A stretch of 64,000 nt of DNA from an uncultured Acidobacteriota bacterium (GTDB lineage: Bacteria > Acidobacteriota > UBA6911 > RPQK01 > JAPXNP01), in contig CAVZRV010000011.1 of NCBI GenBank assembly GCA_963777605.1, forward strand, positions 192,001 to 256,000. Direction: 5' to 3'. This document shows, piece by piece, positions 31,901 to 41,935 of the stretch; position 1 is the stretch's first letter; every line of letters begins with the position of its first letter. The notes under the pieces were generated by a model. The model had not been told where the DNA came from and ran no database searches. It saw only the letters and a list, made by a program, of their open reading frames with translations. Made by a program: the position numbers and the translations under genes.

Positions 31901-32710
31901 GTGTCAGATTACGTGATCGGCGACATTCACGGCTGCCTCAAAACGCTGAAAGCTCTCCTTGAGGCCATCAGTTTCGACCCGTGCTCCGATCATCTCTACC
32001 TCGTCGGCGACATCGTTGGAAAGGGCCCGGACTCGCTGGGCGTCCTGCGCTGGGCCTTCGAGCAGCAATCCTCAGTGGAAATGGTTTTGGGAAACCACGA
32101 TCTTCACCTGATCAGACGATACCTGGGTTTGCGGGAGGCCAAGGAGTCGGACAACCTGGAGGAAGTGCTGGCAGCACCCGAGATCTCCACTCTGATCGAA
32201 TGGCTGTCCCGGCGTCCCCTGTTTCTGGCAACTGGATCATTTCAGGTTATTCACGCAGGCATCCTTCCGCATTGGTCACCGAAGCAAGTCGGCAAGGCTG
32301 CGGCCAAGGCGCAGAAGGCACTCAGAAAGGCCCCCTATCCGACCCTGAAACGCGCCGGTGAACGGATTCAGGCGTCCCGCAACGGCCTGGCCGAATTTGC
32401 CCTCAAAGTCTTCACGAGCCTGCGCTGTTGTGATTCGAAAGGAGAGCCCAATTTCGACTACACCGGTCCGCCCGACAGCGCTCCCGAAGGGCTCCGGCCC
32501 TGGTATTCCTTCTCCGAAATTGAGTCCCGGAGCACGACTTTTCTATTCGGCCACTGGGCCAGACACGGTATCGGAGGGGCAACTCACGCAATCTGCCTCG
32601 ACACTTCCTGCGTTTATGGAGGCATGCTGACCGCCCTCCGCCTTCCCGACCAACAACTGATCCAGGTTCCCAACCAGGAGTCGGTGGCAGACACCGATTC
32701 CGCCTCTTAA
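31901..32710 (+). CDS. apaH: Symmetrical bis(5'-nucleosyl)-tetraphosphatase
   Basis: GDIHGC, GDIVGKGPDS, LGNHDLHL, HAGILP.W, FGHWA, LDTSCVYGG.LTA. Confidence 0.92.
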   Translation: MSDYVIGDIHGCLKTLKALLEAISFDPCSDHLYLVGDIVGKGPDSLGVLRWAFEQQSSVEMVLGNHDLHLIRRYLGLREAKESDNLEEVLAAPEISTLIEWLSRRPLFLATGSFQVIHAGILPHWSPKQVGKAAAKAQKALRKAPYPTLKRAGERIQASRNGLAEFALKVFTSLRCCDSKGEPNFDYTGPPDSAPEGLRPWYSFSEIESRSTTFLFGHWARHGIGGATHAICLDTSCVYGGMLTALRLPDQQLIQVPNQESVADTDSAS

Positions 32711-32786
32711 ATAGCTTTCAAATCAGTATCTTCCCCAACTCCTGGCATGAAATAGGAGAGAGGTCTGCGACCTGTCTCGGTGGATG

Positions 32787-34157
32787 TCACCGGATTCCGA
32801 GCAATTCGGTTTCCAACGCCTCCAGGGACCGTCCCTTTGTTTCCGGCACGAACGCCCTTGCGAAAAAGAACGAAAAGAGGTTGATCGCACCGTAAAAGAA
32901 GAACGTGTACCCGCCGTCCCAGTTGGAGAGCATGATCGGAAAGGTAGCCGTTACCAGGAAATTCCCACCCCAGAGAGCCATCGTCGCCACCGAGACGGCA
33001 ACACCCCGGATGTTGTTCGGGAATATTTCGGAGATCAGCACCCAGAAGATGGGTCCAAACGAGGCCGCGAACGAAGCGATAAAGCCAAGGATGAACAACA
33101 GCACCCAGTAACCACTCAACAGGTCCAGGAAGAAGGTCCCGGACAAAGCAAACAGGGAGAAGGCCATCGCTGCCGTACCTGCAAGAAGTAGGGGGCGCCG
33201 CCCGATACGGTCCACGCACGCCATCGCCAGGATAGTAAAGAGGAAATTCACGGAACCGACAATCGCCGTCTGCAACAGCGCACTGTTGGTCGCAAAACCG
33301 GCCCGCTCGAAGATCAGCGGGGCGTAGTACATGATCACGTTGATTCCGGTGAACTGCTGCAAGATCGCCAGCGCGATACCGATCAGAGTGAGCCGGCGAA
33401 ACCTGGGACGGAGAAGCACCCCGAACGCCATCTTCTCGTCGGCTGAATGTGCATGCCGGATTTCGTCGACCTGTCGCGCAAGTTCCTCCCGGCTCATCCA
33501 TTTAGCAAGGATCGCCTTGGCGTCCTCAATCCTTCCTTTTACCACCAGCCAACGGGGACTTTCAGGGACGAAGAAGAGACAAACCAGAAAAAAAAGGGCC
33601 GGAATGCTCTCAACTCCCAGCATCCAACGCCAGCTGTCGGAACCGATCCGCTCAAGTCCGAAGTTGGAAAAGAAAGACACCAGGATGCCGGTCACGATAG
33701 TGAACTGGTTCAGAGCGACGAGCCTTCCCCGCCGATCGGCGGGTGCGATCTCCGCGATGTAGACCGGAGAGATCACCGACGCCGCTCCGACCCCCACTCC
33801 TCCCACCATCCGGTAGATGACGAACTCGCTGAATCCATGAGCCAGCGCACTTCCGACCGCCGATATCAGAAAGAGCAGCGCCGTGATCATGAGAGTCCGC
33901 TTCCGGCCCAGCAGATCGCCGGGCTTGCCTGCAACCTGAGTACCCAGAATGGCTCCCAGGATCAGGCTGCTGTTGGCCCATCCCAGCATGATGTCACTCA
34001 GGCCGAAGTAGTTCCGGATGAACGGATTCACTCCCGAGATCACGGCAGTGTCGAAACCGAACAGGAATCCGCCGAGAGCTGCCACAATGCTGATCAACAG
34101 AATGTAACTCGGCACAGAGCCATTCCTCCCATTCGCCCAACGGTTCCGGGCGATCAT
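32787..34157 (-). CDS. Sugar porter family MFS transporter
   Basis: GGFLFGFDTAVISG, YIAEIAP..RRG, PESPRWL, QQFTGINVIMYY, VDRIGRR, PETKGRSLE. Confidence 0.96.
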   Translation of the reverse strand: MIARNRWANGRNGSVPSYILLISIVAALGGFLFGFDTAVISGVNPFIRNYFGLSDIMLGWANSSLILGAILGTQVAGKPGDLLGRKRTLMITALLFLISAVGSALAHGFSEFVIYRMVGGVGVGAASVISPVYIAEIAPADRRGRLVALNQFTIVTGILVSFFSNFGLERIGSDSWRWMLGVESIPALFFLVCLFFVPESPRWLVVKGRIEDAKAILAKWMSREELARQVDEIRHAHSADEKMAFGVLLRPRFRRLTLIGIALAILQQFTGINVIMYYAPLIFERAGFATNSALLQTAIVGSVNFLFTILAMACVDRIGRRPLLLAGTAAMAFSLFALSGTFFLDLLSGYWVLLFILGFIASFAASFGPIFWVLISEIFPNNIRGVAVSVATMALWGGNFLVTATFPIMLSNWDGGYTFFFYGAINLFSFFFARAFVPETKGRSLEALETELLGIR

Positions 34158-34257
34158 AGCGAATGGCGAGAAAGATAGCGAGATGTTGCCTCGCGAGTGG
34201 ACGGTCGATCACAACGCCGAATGAGGGTATGCTGATCTTTTTTTCAGAGGATGAGTC

Positions 34258-35241
34258 ATGGAAAACAGGCGTCACTGGTTTAAGAAGTCGCTGGCTGCGG
34301 GTCTTGCAGCCACTTTCGGAAGGAAGATCGGGGCACAGAACCACGGCACCTCGCGACCGGACTCGGGCCCGGTCATCGTCTCAACCTGGGACCACGGGCT
34401 TCCCGCCAATGAAGAGGCCTGGAAGACCCTCCAGCAGGGCCTGCGGCCGCTCGACGCCGCCGAGGCGGGCGTTCGTGTTGTCGAAGCCGACCCCAAGGTG
34501 ACAACCGTTGGGCTCGGTGGGTACCCGGACCGTGACGGTTACGTGACGCTGGATGCCTGCATCATGGACGAGACCGGAAATGCCGGTTCAGTTGCCTTTC
34601 TGCAACATATCGTCCACCCGATCAGCGTGGCACGCAAAGTTATGGAAGACACGCCCCACGTGATGCTGGTCGGCGAGGGAGCCCTGCAATTTGCCCTGGA
34701 ACAGGGCTTCAAGAAGGAGAACCTGCTCACTCCTGAAGCCGAAAAGGCCTGGAAAGATTGGCTGAAGGCGAGCGTCTACCACCCTGTCGCAAACATCGAA
34801 AACCACGACACCATCAGCCTGCTGGCTCTCGACGGCTCGGGTAAGATGGCTGGCGCCTGCACTACCAGTGGGGCGGCGTTCAAAATGCACGGTCGCGTGG
34901 GTGATTCTCCGATCATCGGAGCCGGGCTGTACGTTGACAACGAAGTCGGCGGCGCCTGTGCGACCGGGCTCGGAGAACTCGTCATGACGACGGTCGGCAG
35001 TCACTCGGTAGTCGAACTCATGCGCAGTGGAATGTCCCCACAACAAGCCTGCGTCCGGGCGGTGGAGCGGATCATGTCCAAGTATGGGCGGAAGCTTCGC
35101 GCCGATGACCAGATGCAGGTCGGCTACCTGGCGATGAACGTCAAGGGAGAGTACGGGGCGTTTGCCATTCGACCCGGATTCACCTATGCGGTGAGGACGG
35201 CTAAAGGCGCCCAACTGCTGAAGGCGGACAACCTGCTGTAA
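34258..35241 (+). CDS. N4-(beta-N-acetylglucosaminyl)-L-asparaginase (glycosylasparaginase), Tat signal
   Basis: NRRHWFK leader; VSTW, GGYPDRDG.VTLDACIMD, NHD/TIS autocleavage site, TTSG, GRVGDSPIIGAG, ATG.GE. Confidence 0.92.
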   Translation: MENRRHWFKKSLAAGLAATFGRKIGAQNHGTSRPDSGPVIVSTWDHGLPANEEAWKTLQQGLRPLDAAEAGVRVVEADPKVTTVGLGGYPDRDGYVTLDACIMDETGNAGSVAFLQHIVHPISVARKVMEDTPHVMLVGEGALQFALEQGFKKENLLTPEAEKAWKDWLKASVYHPVANIENHDTISLLALDGSGKMAGACTTSGAAFKMHGRVGDSPIIGAGLYVDNEVGGACATGLGELVMTTVGSHSVVELMRSGMSPQQACVRAVERIMSKYGRKLRADDQMQVGYLAMNVKGEYGAFAIRPGFTYAVRTAKGAQLLKADNLL

Positions 35242-35267
35242 CCGGGCTTGGGAACGCCAGTCTCAGG

Positions 35268-36215
35268 TCAGCCGATCGGAATCCGGTCCTTGTTCTCAGC
35301 CAACCACTGAGAGAACGTCCGCAGAGCGGGATCAAGCGATCGAGCAACTTTCGGGTCCCGTGCGCCGCAGAAGTAATCCTCGAAATCTCGCTTGAACTGA
35401 AACATGTTTCCGAGATCATCGGCACCCGGGAATCCGAGGTTTCGGTACGCGTCCGGAGATATTGAATTGTAGTGGACTTCCTGGCCAAGGGCTTCACCGA
35501 GGGCCCGGGCCATTTCGGAACCGGTGAGGTGCTCGCCCGCGATACCCACGGTTCTGCCGATCCATTCAGCCCCCTGCGTGAAAATCCCGTAAGCGCACCG
35601 GCCAATGTCTTCCGCGGCGATTCCGGGAAGCTTCTTGTCCCCCATGGGGAGGGTGAACTGGAGCACCCCTTCCGAATCTCTCTTGGGGCCCATTCCGAAG
35701 TGGACCAGGTTGTCCCAATAGAACGAAGTCAGCAGGAAGGTCGTCGGCACGCCCAGTTCCGTAAACGTCTCATTCGACTGCCCCTTGGCGTCAAAATGCG
35801 GGACTTTGTAAGCTCCCATCAACGTCGGCATTCGCGAGTCGTCCAGGGGGACCCAACGCCTCGTGTCCTCCAGCGTAGACCAGATTACGTGTTTCGCGCC
35901 AACTGCCTTCGCCGCCTCGGCCATCGCCCGCACCTCCGCGATCTCCTTTTCCGGTGAGAAGTGCTCCCAATAAAATGTGACGCAGTAGATCCCGTGGGCT
36001 CCGGCGAACGCGTTTCTCAGACTCTCGGCATCGTCGATATCGGCCGCAACGACCTCCGCACCAAGTTCCGCAAGCTGTCGGGCGTTCGTTGAATCGGGGT
36101 TCCGAGTCAGGGCGCGCACCTTGAACCCGCCTTTCGGGTCCTCCAGAATGGCTCTGACCAGGCCGCCACCTTGGGCTCCCGTCGCACCAACAACCGCAAT
36201 TGTCTTTTCCGGCAT
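35268..36215 (-). CDS. NmrA/HSCARG family protein
   Basis: VVGATGAQGG, RALTRNP, VPHFDAK. Confidence 0.93.
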   Translation of the reverse strand: MPEKTIAVVGATGAQGGGLVRAILEDPKGGFKVRALTRNPDSTNARQLAELGAEVVAADIDDAESLRNAFAGAHGIYCVTFYWEHFSPEKEIAEVRAMAEAAKAVGAKHVIWSTLEDTRRWVPLDDSRMPTLMGAYKVPHFDAKGQSNETFTELGVPTTFLLTSFYWDNLVHFGMGPKRDSEGVLQFTLPMGDKKLPGIAAEDIGRCAYGIFTQGAEWIGRTVGIAGEHLTGSEMARALGEALGQEVHYNSISPDAYRNLGFPGADDLGNMFQFKRDFEDYFCGARDPKVARSLDPALRTFSQWLAENKDRIPIG

Positions 36216-36375
36216 ATGTGGTTTCTCCCTCGTGAGGTTTTAGTCCTGGGGATTGGCTGTTGTTCAGTTATATGATCAATTGGTCGCGACGGTTGCACGC
36301 CGGGAGGGGAAAGCCGCAAGCGCCCCCCTGCCCCGCGTCAAGTCGGTGGAATGACTTTCGGTAAAGGAGAGACTG

Positions 36376-37713
36376 GTGAATACCGAGACACTGGCAAAGC
36401 TGCACGAGGATGCACTCGACATCTTCCTTGCCGCTCTCAGGGCTGTGGACCCCAACGCAGTTGTCCAGTCGAAGGTCCGTGTTGTGGACGACACCCTGTT
36501 CATCGGAGATCGCACCTACGACCTGAACGCCTTCGAGCGGATCCTCGTCGTCGGGGCGGGCAAAGCATCAGCGGCGATGGCGCAGGCTCTCGAAACGGTC
36601 CTCGGCGAACGGATTTCCGGTGGAGTTGTCAATGTCAAGATCGGGCACACGGTCGCTTTGCAGTCGATTGAACTGGTCGAGGCTAATCATCCGGTGCCTG
36701 ACGAGATGGGCCTCGAGGGAACTCACCGAATCATCGACCTGGTCAGTAACGCGACCGAGAAGGACCTCATCCTCTGCCTGATTTCCGGTGGAGGGTCTGC
36801 CCTTCTTCCGAGTCCGGGACCCGGCCTGAGTCTGGAGGACAAGCAGAGGACGACCCGCCTTCTCCTGCGATGCGGCGCGACCATTCAGGAAATCAATGCC
36901 ATCCGGAAACACATCTCGGGAGTGAAAGGGGGCCGACTGGCTCGACTCGCTTTCCCCGCAACCATGGTCTCGTTGATTCTTTCAGACGTCATCGGAGACG
37001 ACCTCGACAGTATCGCGTCAGGACCCACGGTCCCGGATCCCACCACTTTCTCGGAGTGCATGGAAATCGTTCAAAAATATGGAATCCTGGACGATCTTCC
37101 GGGGCCCGTGAAAGCGCTTCTGGAAATGGGCATCCAGGGCGCTGTTCCAGAGACCCCGAAACCGGGAGACCCGGTATTTGCGCGGACCCACAACGCCATC
37201 ATCGGCAACAACCTGCTCGCAGTGTCTACCGCGGAAACCCGTGCCCGTGAACTCGGCTATCATGCCCTCGTTCTCTCCACCATGATCGAGGGCGAAACCC
37301 GTGACGTGGCACTCGTTCACGCAGCCATCGCCAAGGAGATTCGAAAGAGTGGACGGCCGCTGGCGGCGCCGGCCTGTGTGATTTCGGGCGGTGAAACCAC
37401 CGTAACGATCCGGGGAGAGGGCGTGGGGGGAAGAAACCAGGAATTCGCCCTGGCGGCGGCGCTCGAAATCGACGGGTGGCCTGACCTGGTCATCCTGAGC
37501 GGCGGAACCGACGGAACCGACGGACCCACCGACGCCGCCGGTGCCGTAGCGGACGGCACGACCGTCCAGAGAGCGCGTGCCATGGGATACGAGGCCAAGG
37601 ACTACCTGCGCAACAATGACTCCTACAACTTCTTCAAGCCGATTCGTGGACTGCTGATCACCGGTCCCACGCTGACCAACGTCATGGATCTCAGGCTGGT
37701 GCTGGTTCGATAG
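36376..37713 (+). CDS. ttuD: Class II glycerate kinase (TtuD/MOFRL family)
   Basis: VGAGKASAAMA, HPVPD, LISGGGSAL, RKHIS.VKGG, ASGPT, GGETTV, GGRNQE, TDG.DG, TGPT.TNVMD. Confidence 0.9.
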   Translation: MNTETLAKLHEDALDIFLAALRAVDPNAVVQSKVRVVDDTLFIGDRTYDLNAFERILVVGAGKASAAMAQALETVLGERISGGVVNVKIGHTVALQSIELVEANHPVPDEMGLEGTHRIIDLVSNATEKDLILCLISGGGSALLPSPGPGLSLEDKQRTTRLLLRCGATIQEINAIRKHISGVKGGRLARLAFPATMVSLILSDVIGDDLDSIASGPTVPDPTTFSECMEIVQKYGILDDLPGPVKALLEMGIQGAVPETPKPGDPVFARTHNAIIGNNLLAVSTAETRARELGYHALVLSTMIEGETRDVALVHAAIAKEIRKSGRPLAAPACVISGGETTVTIRGEGVGGRNQEFALAAALEIDGWPDLVILSGGTDGTDGPTDAAGAVADGTTVQRARAMGYEAKDYLRNNDSYNFFKPIRGLLITGPTLTNVMDLRLVLVR

Positions 37714-37793
37714 CGAAAGTCCGCGGAGAAGCAGGGTTTCGTTTACCCGTCCTCCTTGGTTCCGTCCGGACCGAGAGGATAGGGTTAACCCGG

Positions 37794-39032
37794 CTACAGC
37801 ATTTCGTACAACCCAATAATTCCCGAAAAGGCCATCCCGACCGAGAAGATGAAGGTGGCGACACAACCGATATTCAGCCAAAGGCCGGCCTTGTATTTCC
37901 CCATCACCTTCCGGTTGTTCAGGAGAATCAGGATCGCCAGTGCGACAAATGGCATCAGCGTGGCCTGAAAGGCTTGGGACGCAATCATCACGAAAACTGG
38001 GCGGGCACCGAAGATCGGCACGACGAGTCCCAGGAGAAGGGCGACGCCCGCGAGGATTCGGTACATCGGAGACTTGATGTTGCGGGGCCGGTTCGTGTAG
38101 TCGGAAATCAGCCACGGGGCAATCAGAACAATCGGGAAAACCGTCGAAATGCCGGCACTGACGATTCCGATAACGAACAGGCTGATCGCGAAAGAGCCTG
38201 CCATGGGTTCGAGCGTCTTTACCATGTCGATGGCCCGCTCCACGGGAATCCCTGCCGGATACAGGGTCCCGGCCGCCGAGGCCATCACCGCTGCACTCAA
38301 CAGAAGCATGAGGGTTGCCGAAACGAAGGCATCGCGCCTTTCTAAGGGGAGATGAGTCTGATCCCAGCCTTTTTCCTGAACCACGATGCTGCGCATCACG
38401 AAGACGACTGCAGAGAGCGTGGTCCCGGCCATGCCGGCGGCGATGAGGTGGGCATTTTCCTCCGCCGGCATGGAAGGTACCAAACCTTGGGCCATCTGCC
38501 CGAAATCGGGAACCACCAGAACCATGCTCGAGACGAAACTGGCTCCCATGATCCCGACCAGGACCATCAGGATCCGCTCGAAACGCAGATAGCCCCCGGT
38601 CCAGAAGAGGTAGTAGAGACCGACCATGATCGCAGCCGTGACGATCACTTCGTTGACGTGGCTTGCGGTCATGTAGAACACCCACTCGTCAATGAGGTTC
38701 ACCACGATTCCAAAGATGCCCATCAGCGCGGTCAACTCCCCGATAATGAGCCCGATAACCATAAAGATCGCCAGGCCATTCCCGAATAGCACCCGATAGC
38801 TGCTGATCGCGGTGTTGCCGGAAACCAGAGAATACCGCCCGTAAGCAACAAGCATCACGTAAGTGAAAACGCAGGACAGGAACAGGGCCCAGAAGAGCGA
38901 CATCCCATAACGGGAACCGGACGCCGCCATTGTTGTGACACTTCCCGTCCCGATGTTGTAGCCCATCAGGAAAATCCCCGGCCCCACCGACGAGAGCCCC
39001 AACGCAAACTTCTTCGAAATCTTCATCCACAT
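37794..39032 (-). CDS. NRAMP-family divalent metal transporter
   Basis: VGPG.F..G..IGTGSVTT...SG..YG.SL.W; multiple TM helices; AGTT. Confidence 0.8.
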   Translation of the reverse strand: MWMKISKKFALGLSSVGPGIFLMGYNIGTGSVTTMAASGSRYGMSLFWALFLSCVFTYVMLVAYGRYSLVSGNTAISSYRVLFGNGLAIFMVIGLIIGELTALMGIFGIVVNLIDEWVFYMTASHVNEVIVTAAIMVGLYYLFWTGGYLRFERILMVLVGIMGASFVSSMVLVVPDFGQMAQGLVPSMPAEENAHLIAAGMAGTTLSAVVFVMRSIVVQEKGWDQTHLPLERRDAFVSATLMLLLSAAVMASAAGTLYPAGIPVERAIDMVKTLEPMAGSFAISLFVIGIVSAGISTVFPIVLIAPWLISDYTNRPRNIKSPMYRILAGVALLLGLVVPIFGARPVFVMIASQAFQATLMPFVALAILILLNNRKVMGKYKAGLWLNIGCVATFIFSVGMAFSGIIGLYEML

Positions 39033-39058
39033 TCCCCCGCAGTTCTGCGTTCAGCTCA

Positions 39059-39799
39059 TCAGTTTAGGACGAAACGAACCGTGACGGTAGCAATCACAGG
39101 AACAGGTTCGCCATTGAGTAGCGTCGGAGAGTACTTCCACTGAGAGACGGCATCCACTGCGGCAGCGTTCAAGAGGGGGTGCCCACGAATCAAGCGCACG
39201 TTCTCGACACTGCCCTCGGCTCCGACCTGGACCTCGAGAAGGACTACGCCCTGAATCCGGGCACGGCGGGCAATCTCCGGGTAGGACGGCTCCACCCGTC
39301 GGATCAGCTTGGCCGCCTGAACGGTTCCACCGACCCGAATCGGCGCCTTGGCTGCAGGAGGAGGTGGGAGGGGTGGGGGTGGGGCGGACGAGAGCCCTTC
39401 CGGGAAAGAAGGGCCAATCGCTCCCCCAGAAATCCCGAAAACTAAACCTGCCGGCAGGCCGGGCCCGTTCCCGTAGGCGAAGGCATCAACCATTGGCGGT
39501 TCAGCATCGGGAGACGGAATCGTATCCGGAACCGCGGCAGGAGGCACCCATGGACTGGCAGGCACAACCCTGGGAACACTCTGACGGACCGGCGGCGCAT
39601 CGGTCATCGGAGAAGGGGGCGGAGGCGGAGGCGGTTCAGCACTGAAGAGAGTTGTTACACTCCGGAAATCGGGCAGCCGATCGTAGTAGAGGAGCGGGAG
39701 AACGATCAAACTGCCGAGCAGAACAAAATGAACGCCAAAGGAGAGCAGTAAAGCACGCCTGTCCCGGGCGGAAACCGGCTTCGAGAAGTCGTTAAACAT
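39059..39799 (-). CDS. tonB: Energy transducer TonB
   Basis: S..VH TM anchor, Pro-rich linker, P.YP.IARRARIQG.V, AA.DAV.QW.Y.P..LNG.PV. Confidence 0.93.
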   Translation of the reverse strand: MFNDFSKPVSARDRRALLLSFGVHFVLLGSLIVLPLLYYDRLPDFRSVTTLFSAEPPPPPPPSPMTDAPPVRQSVPRVVPASPWVPPAAVPDTIPSPDAEPPMVDAFAYGNGPGLPAGLVFGISGGAIGPSFPEGLSSAPPPPLPPPPAAKAPIRVGGTVQAAKLIRRVEPSYPEIARRARIQGVVLLEVQVGAEGSVENVRLIRGHPLLNAAAVDAVSQWKYSPTLLNGEPVPVIATVTVRFVLN

Positions 39800-40013
39800 G
39801 GTTCCAGTCCTTTCTACTTGGCAGAGCCAGGAGAGAGACCCCTCGAGAGATCCAATTACTTGCCGGCTAACAACTTGGAGTCAACATCGAAGAATTTGTT
39901 CCGTCCTTTTCACCGCCGGAGCACTCCCTGGCTGGACTCGCGGCGATCCAGACTCGATTCCCAGGTGACGTCCCGGTATGTTGATCGTGGAAAATGACAC
40001 GCCTTCCCGAAAA

Positions 40014-40865
40014 CTATTTCGAAGTCGGTAGCCGAGAAATCTTGACCCAATCTACGTAGAGATGCTGGACGTCATACTGGAAGTCGCCGGACCAGACGGC
40101 GGGCCAGTTGCCGACCCAAAGCTGGGCAGGAGATTTCGGGATGTTGCGAGTCGAGGTGTGAAGCAACCGGCCGTCAACATAGAATTCGACCCTCGGCGGA
40201 CCGTTGCTCCCGTCATACCAGTCCCAGCGATAGATGTGGAACTGGCCGTCGTTCTGGGCGAAACCCATATCCTCAGATTTGGCGCTGATGTGCGCCGGTC
40301 CCGGGTAGTAGGTATTCAGGCCGCCCCATCGAGACCAGTCGGAACCTTCCGCCTTTCCGTTCGCGGGCATCTCGATATCAATTTCTGTGTAGTCATCGGA
40401 AGTCTCCAGATAGTTCCAGATGCAGGAACATCCTCCGGGCAGTGGCAGGTTCTTCATTCGAACCTCGTAGGATCCGGCTCCATACTTTTCCCGGGTGATC
40501 ACCAACCCTCCGACCCGCGTCCCCACCTCGGTTCGTTCGTATCGCCGCGGATCACCGGCCGGAAACTGCCCGGAGTCCTTCGCCCGGCGAACGCCTTTGA
40601 TAGGTCCCGTGTAGAAGTCGCCGTGGGCCTCGGTATCGAGAACGGTTATTGGACGGCCGTTGTCTTCCAGGATACCGGGCCGTACATTCTCGGGAACTAC
40701 GCCGTTGTTGTTGGGGCCCCACTGGTGCAGCCCGGCTATCCAGAGATTGGAGTCAAGCTGCGGTCCGTCGAAGTCGTCAAAGAAGAGAACTTCTGCAGAG
40801 GACTTTTCCTGGACGGGAACAACCGGGAGCAACCAAAACAAGAGAAAGAGATAAGCCACGATCAC
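40014..40865 (-). CDS. Secreted glycoside hydrolase family 16 protein
   Basis: FFDDF.G, G.YEVRMK, catalytic EIDIE, FHIYRWDW, FYVDG, VDWVK. Confidence 0.85.
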   Translation of the reverse strand: MIVAYLFLLFWLLPVVPVQEKSSAEVLFFDDFDGPQLDSNLWIAGLHQWGPNNNGVVPENVRPGILEDNGRPITVLDTEAHGDFYTGPIKGVRRAKDSGQFPAGDPRRYERTEVGTRVGGLVITREKYGAGSYEVRMKNLPLPGGCSCIWNYLETSDDYTEIDIEMPANGKAEGSDWSRWGGLNTYYPGPAHISAKSEDMGFAQNDGQFHIYRWDWYDGSNGPPRVEFYVDGRLLHTSTRNIPKSPAQLWVGNWPAVWSGDFQYDVQHLYVDWVKISRLPTSK

Positions 40866-41052
40866 CTCTCCTTCGGGTCACATGCGACCCCAAGTAGAAA
40901 CCATTATTTGATCCGTTGGGAGACAAATCGCATCTGAATATATGAGCACATTCGAGAATGCGCAAAGGCATTCGAGAGATGAGCGAACGAGATTGGAACC
41001 GGTCGGCTCGCCCGCGGGTCGATCGTGATCAGAAAAAATGGGAGTTTGAACA

Positions 41053-41589
41053 ATGAGACACAAAATACAAATGATTTTCCTGGTTCTTGCCATGGTTCTC
41101 GCGCCGGTCTCGGTGGCAATGGCAGCCCCGGCCCAGGCGGGAACAACCTTGACTCCGCTCCAGGATCAGGTGCGTCACGCTCTTGTGATGCTGCCGTATT
41201 ATAACGTTTTCGATAATCTCCAGTTCCAGGTTGAAGGAAGTCAGGTAATTCTGAGTGGACAGGTCGTGAGACCGACGCTGAAGTCTGAGGCCGAAAGCGC
41301 GGTCAAGCGACTTCCGAACGTTACGGCGGTCGAGAACAACATCGAAGTGTTGCCCTTGTCTCCGATTGACAACCGCATCCGCCTTGCCACATACCGGGCC
41401 ATCTACCGGAACGTCACCTTCACAAGATATGCGATCCAGCCCGTTCCGCCGATCCACATTATTGTGAAGAACGGGAAGGTGACACTGGTCGGAGTTGTTG
41501 CAAGTAGCGGAGACAAGATCATCGCCAACATTAGTGCGCGTTCGGTTCCCGGAGTCTTCTCCGTCGTCAACGATCTTCGAGTCGCCTGA
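41053..41589 (+). CDS. Periplasmic dual BON-domain protein
   Basis: Signal peptide; V.LSGQV, V.AVENNIEVLP, IHIIV.NG.VTL.GVV, VPGVFSV.NDL.V. Confidence 0.9.
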   Translation: MRHKIQMIFLVLAMVLAPVSVAMAAPAQAGTTLTPLQDQVRHALVMLPYYNVFDNLQFQVEGSQVILSGQVVRPTLKSEAESAVKRLPNVTAVENNIEVLPLSPIDNRIRLATYRAIYRNVTFTRYAIQPVPPIHIIVKNGKVTLVGVVASSGDKIIANISARSVPGVFSVVNDLRVA

Positions 41590-41639
41590 TCGGCGATCGG
41601 AAATCATCGTTTGAGAACGCACTCTGACAGTGCATGATC

Positions 41640-41675
41640 CATCCGTCAAGGCCCTGATCAGGGCCTTGACGGATG
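41640..41675. repeat. Perfect 36-bp palindrome
   Basis: CATCCGTCAAGGCCCTGA/TCAGGGCCTTGACGGATG; outer CAGTG...CACTG extends it. Confidence 0.9.
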
Positions 41676-41935
41676 CACTGCTTCTCACTCCCGGCCAAAA
41701 GAGCGCCCCAACCCTTTCCTCGCCAGCGACCCACGGGGAATACCTCCCGCAAATAGACCCTGACAATGAGACCATAGTTCGGAGGGCCGCTATTCTGGCG
41801 GAAAGGCAGAGATCCAGGCTTTAAAGTGACATCTCAGGAAATTGACCATATATTGATTCTGTTCCCAGGAGGCGGTTGACGACGTTTGCCTCCACCAGGT
41901 CGATCGAGCCAACTTGTGGACAAAGGACGATGCAC

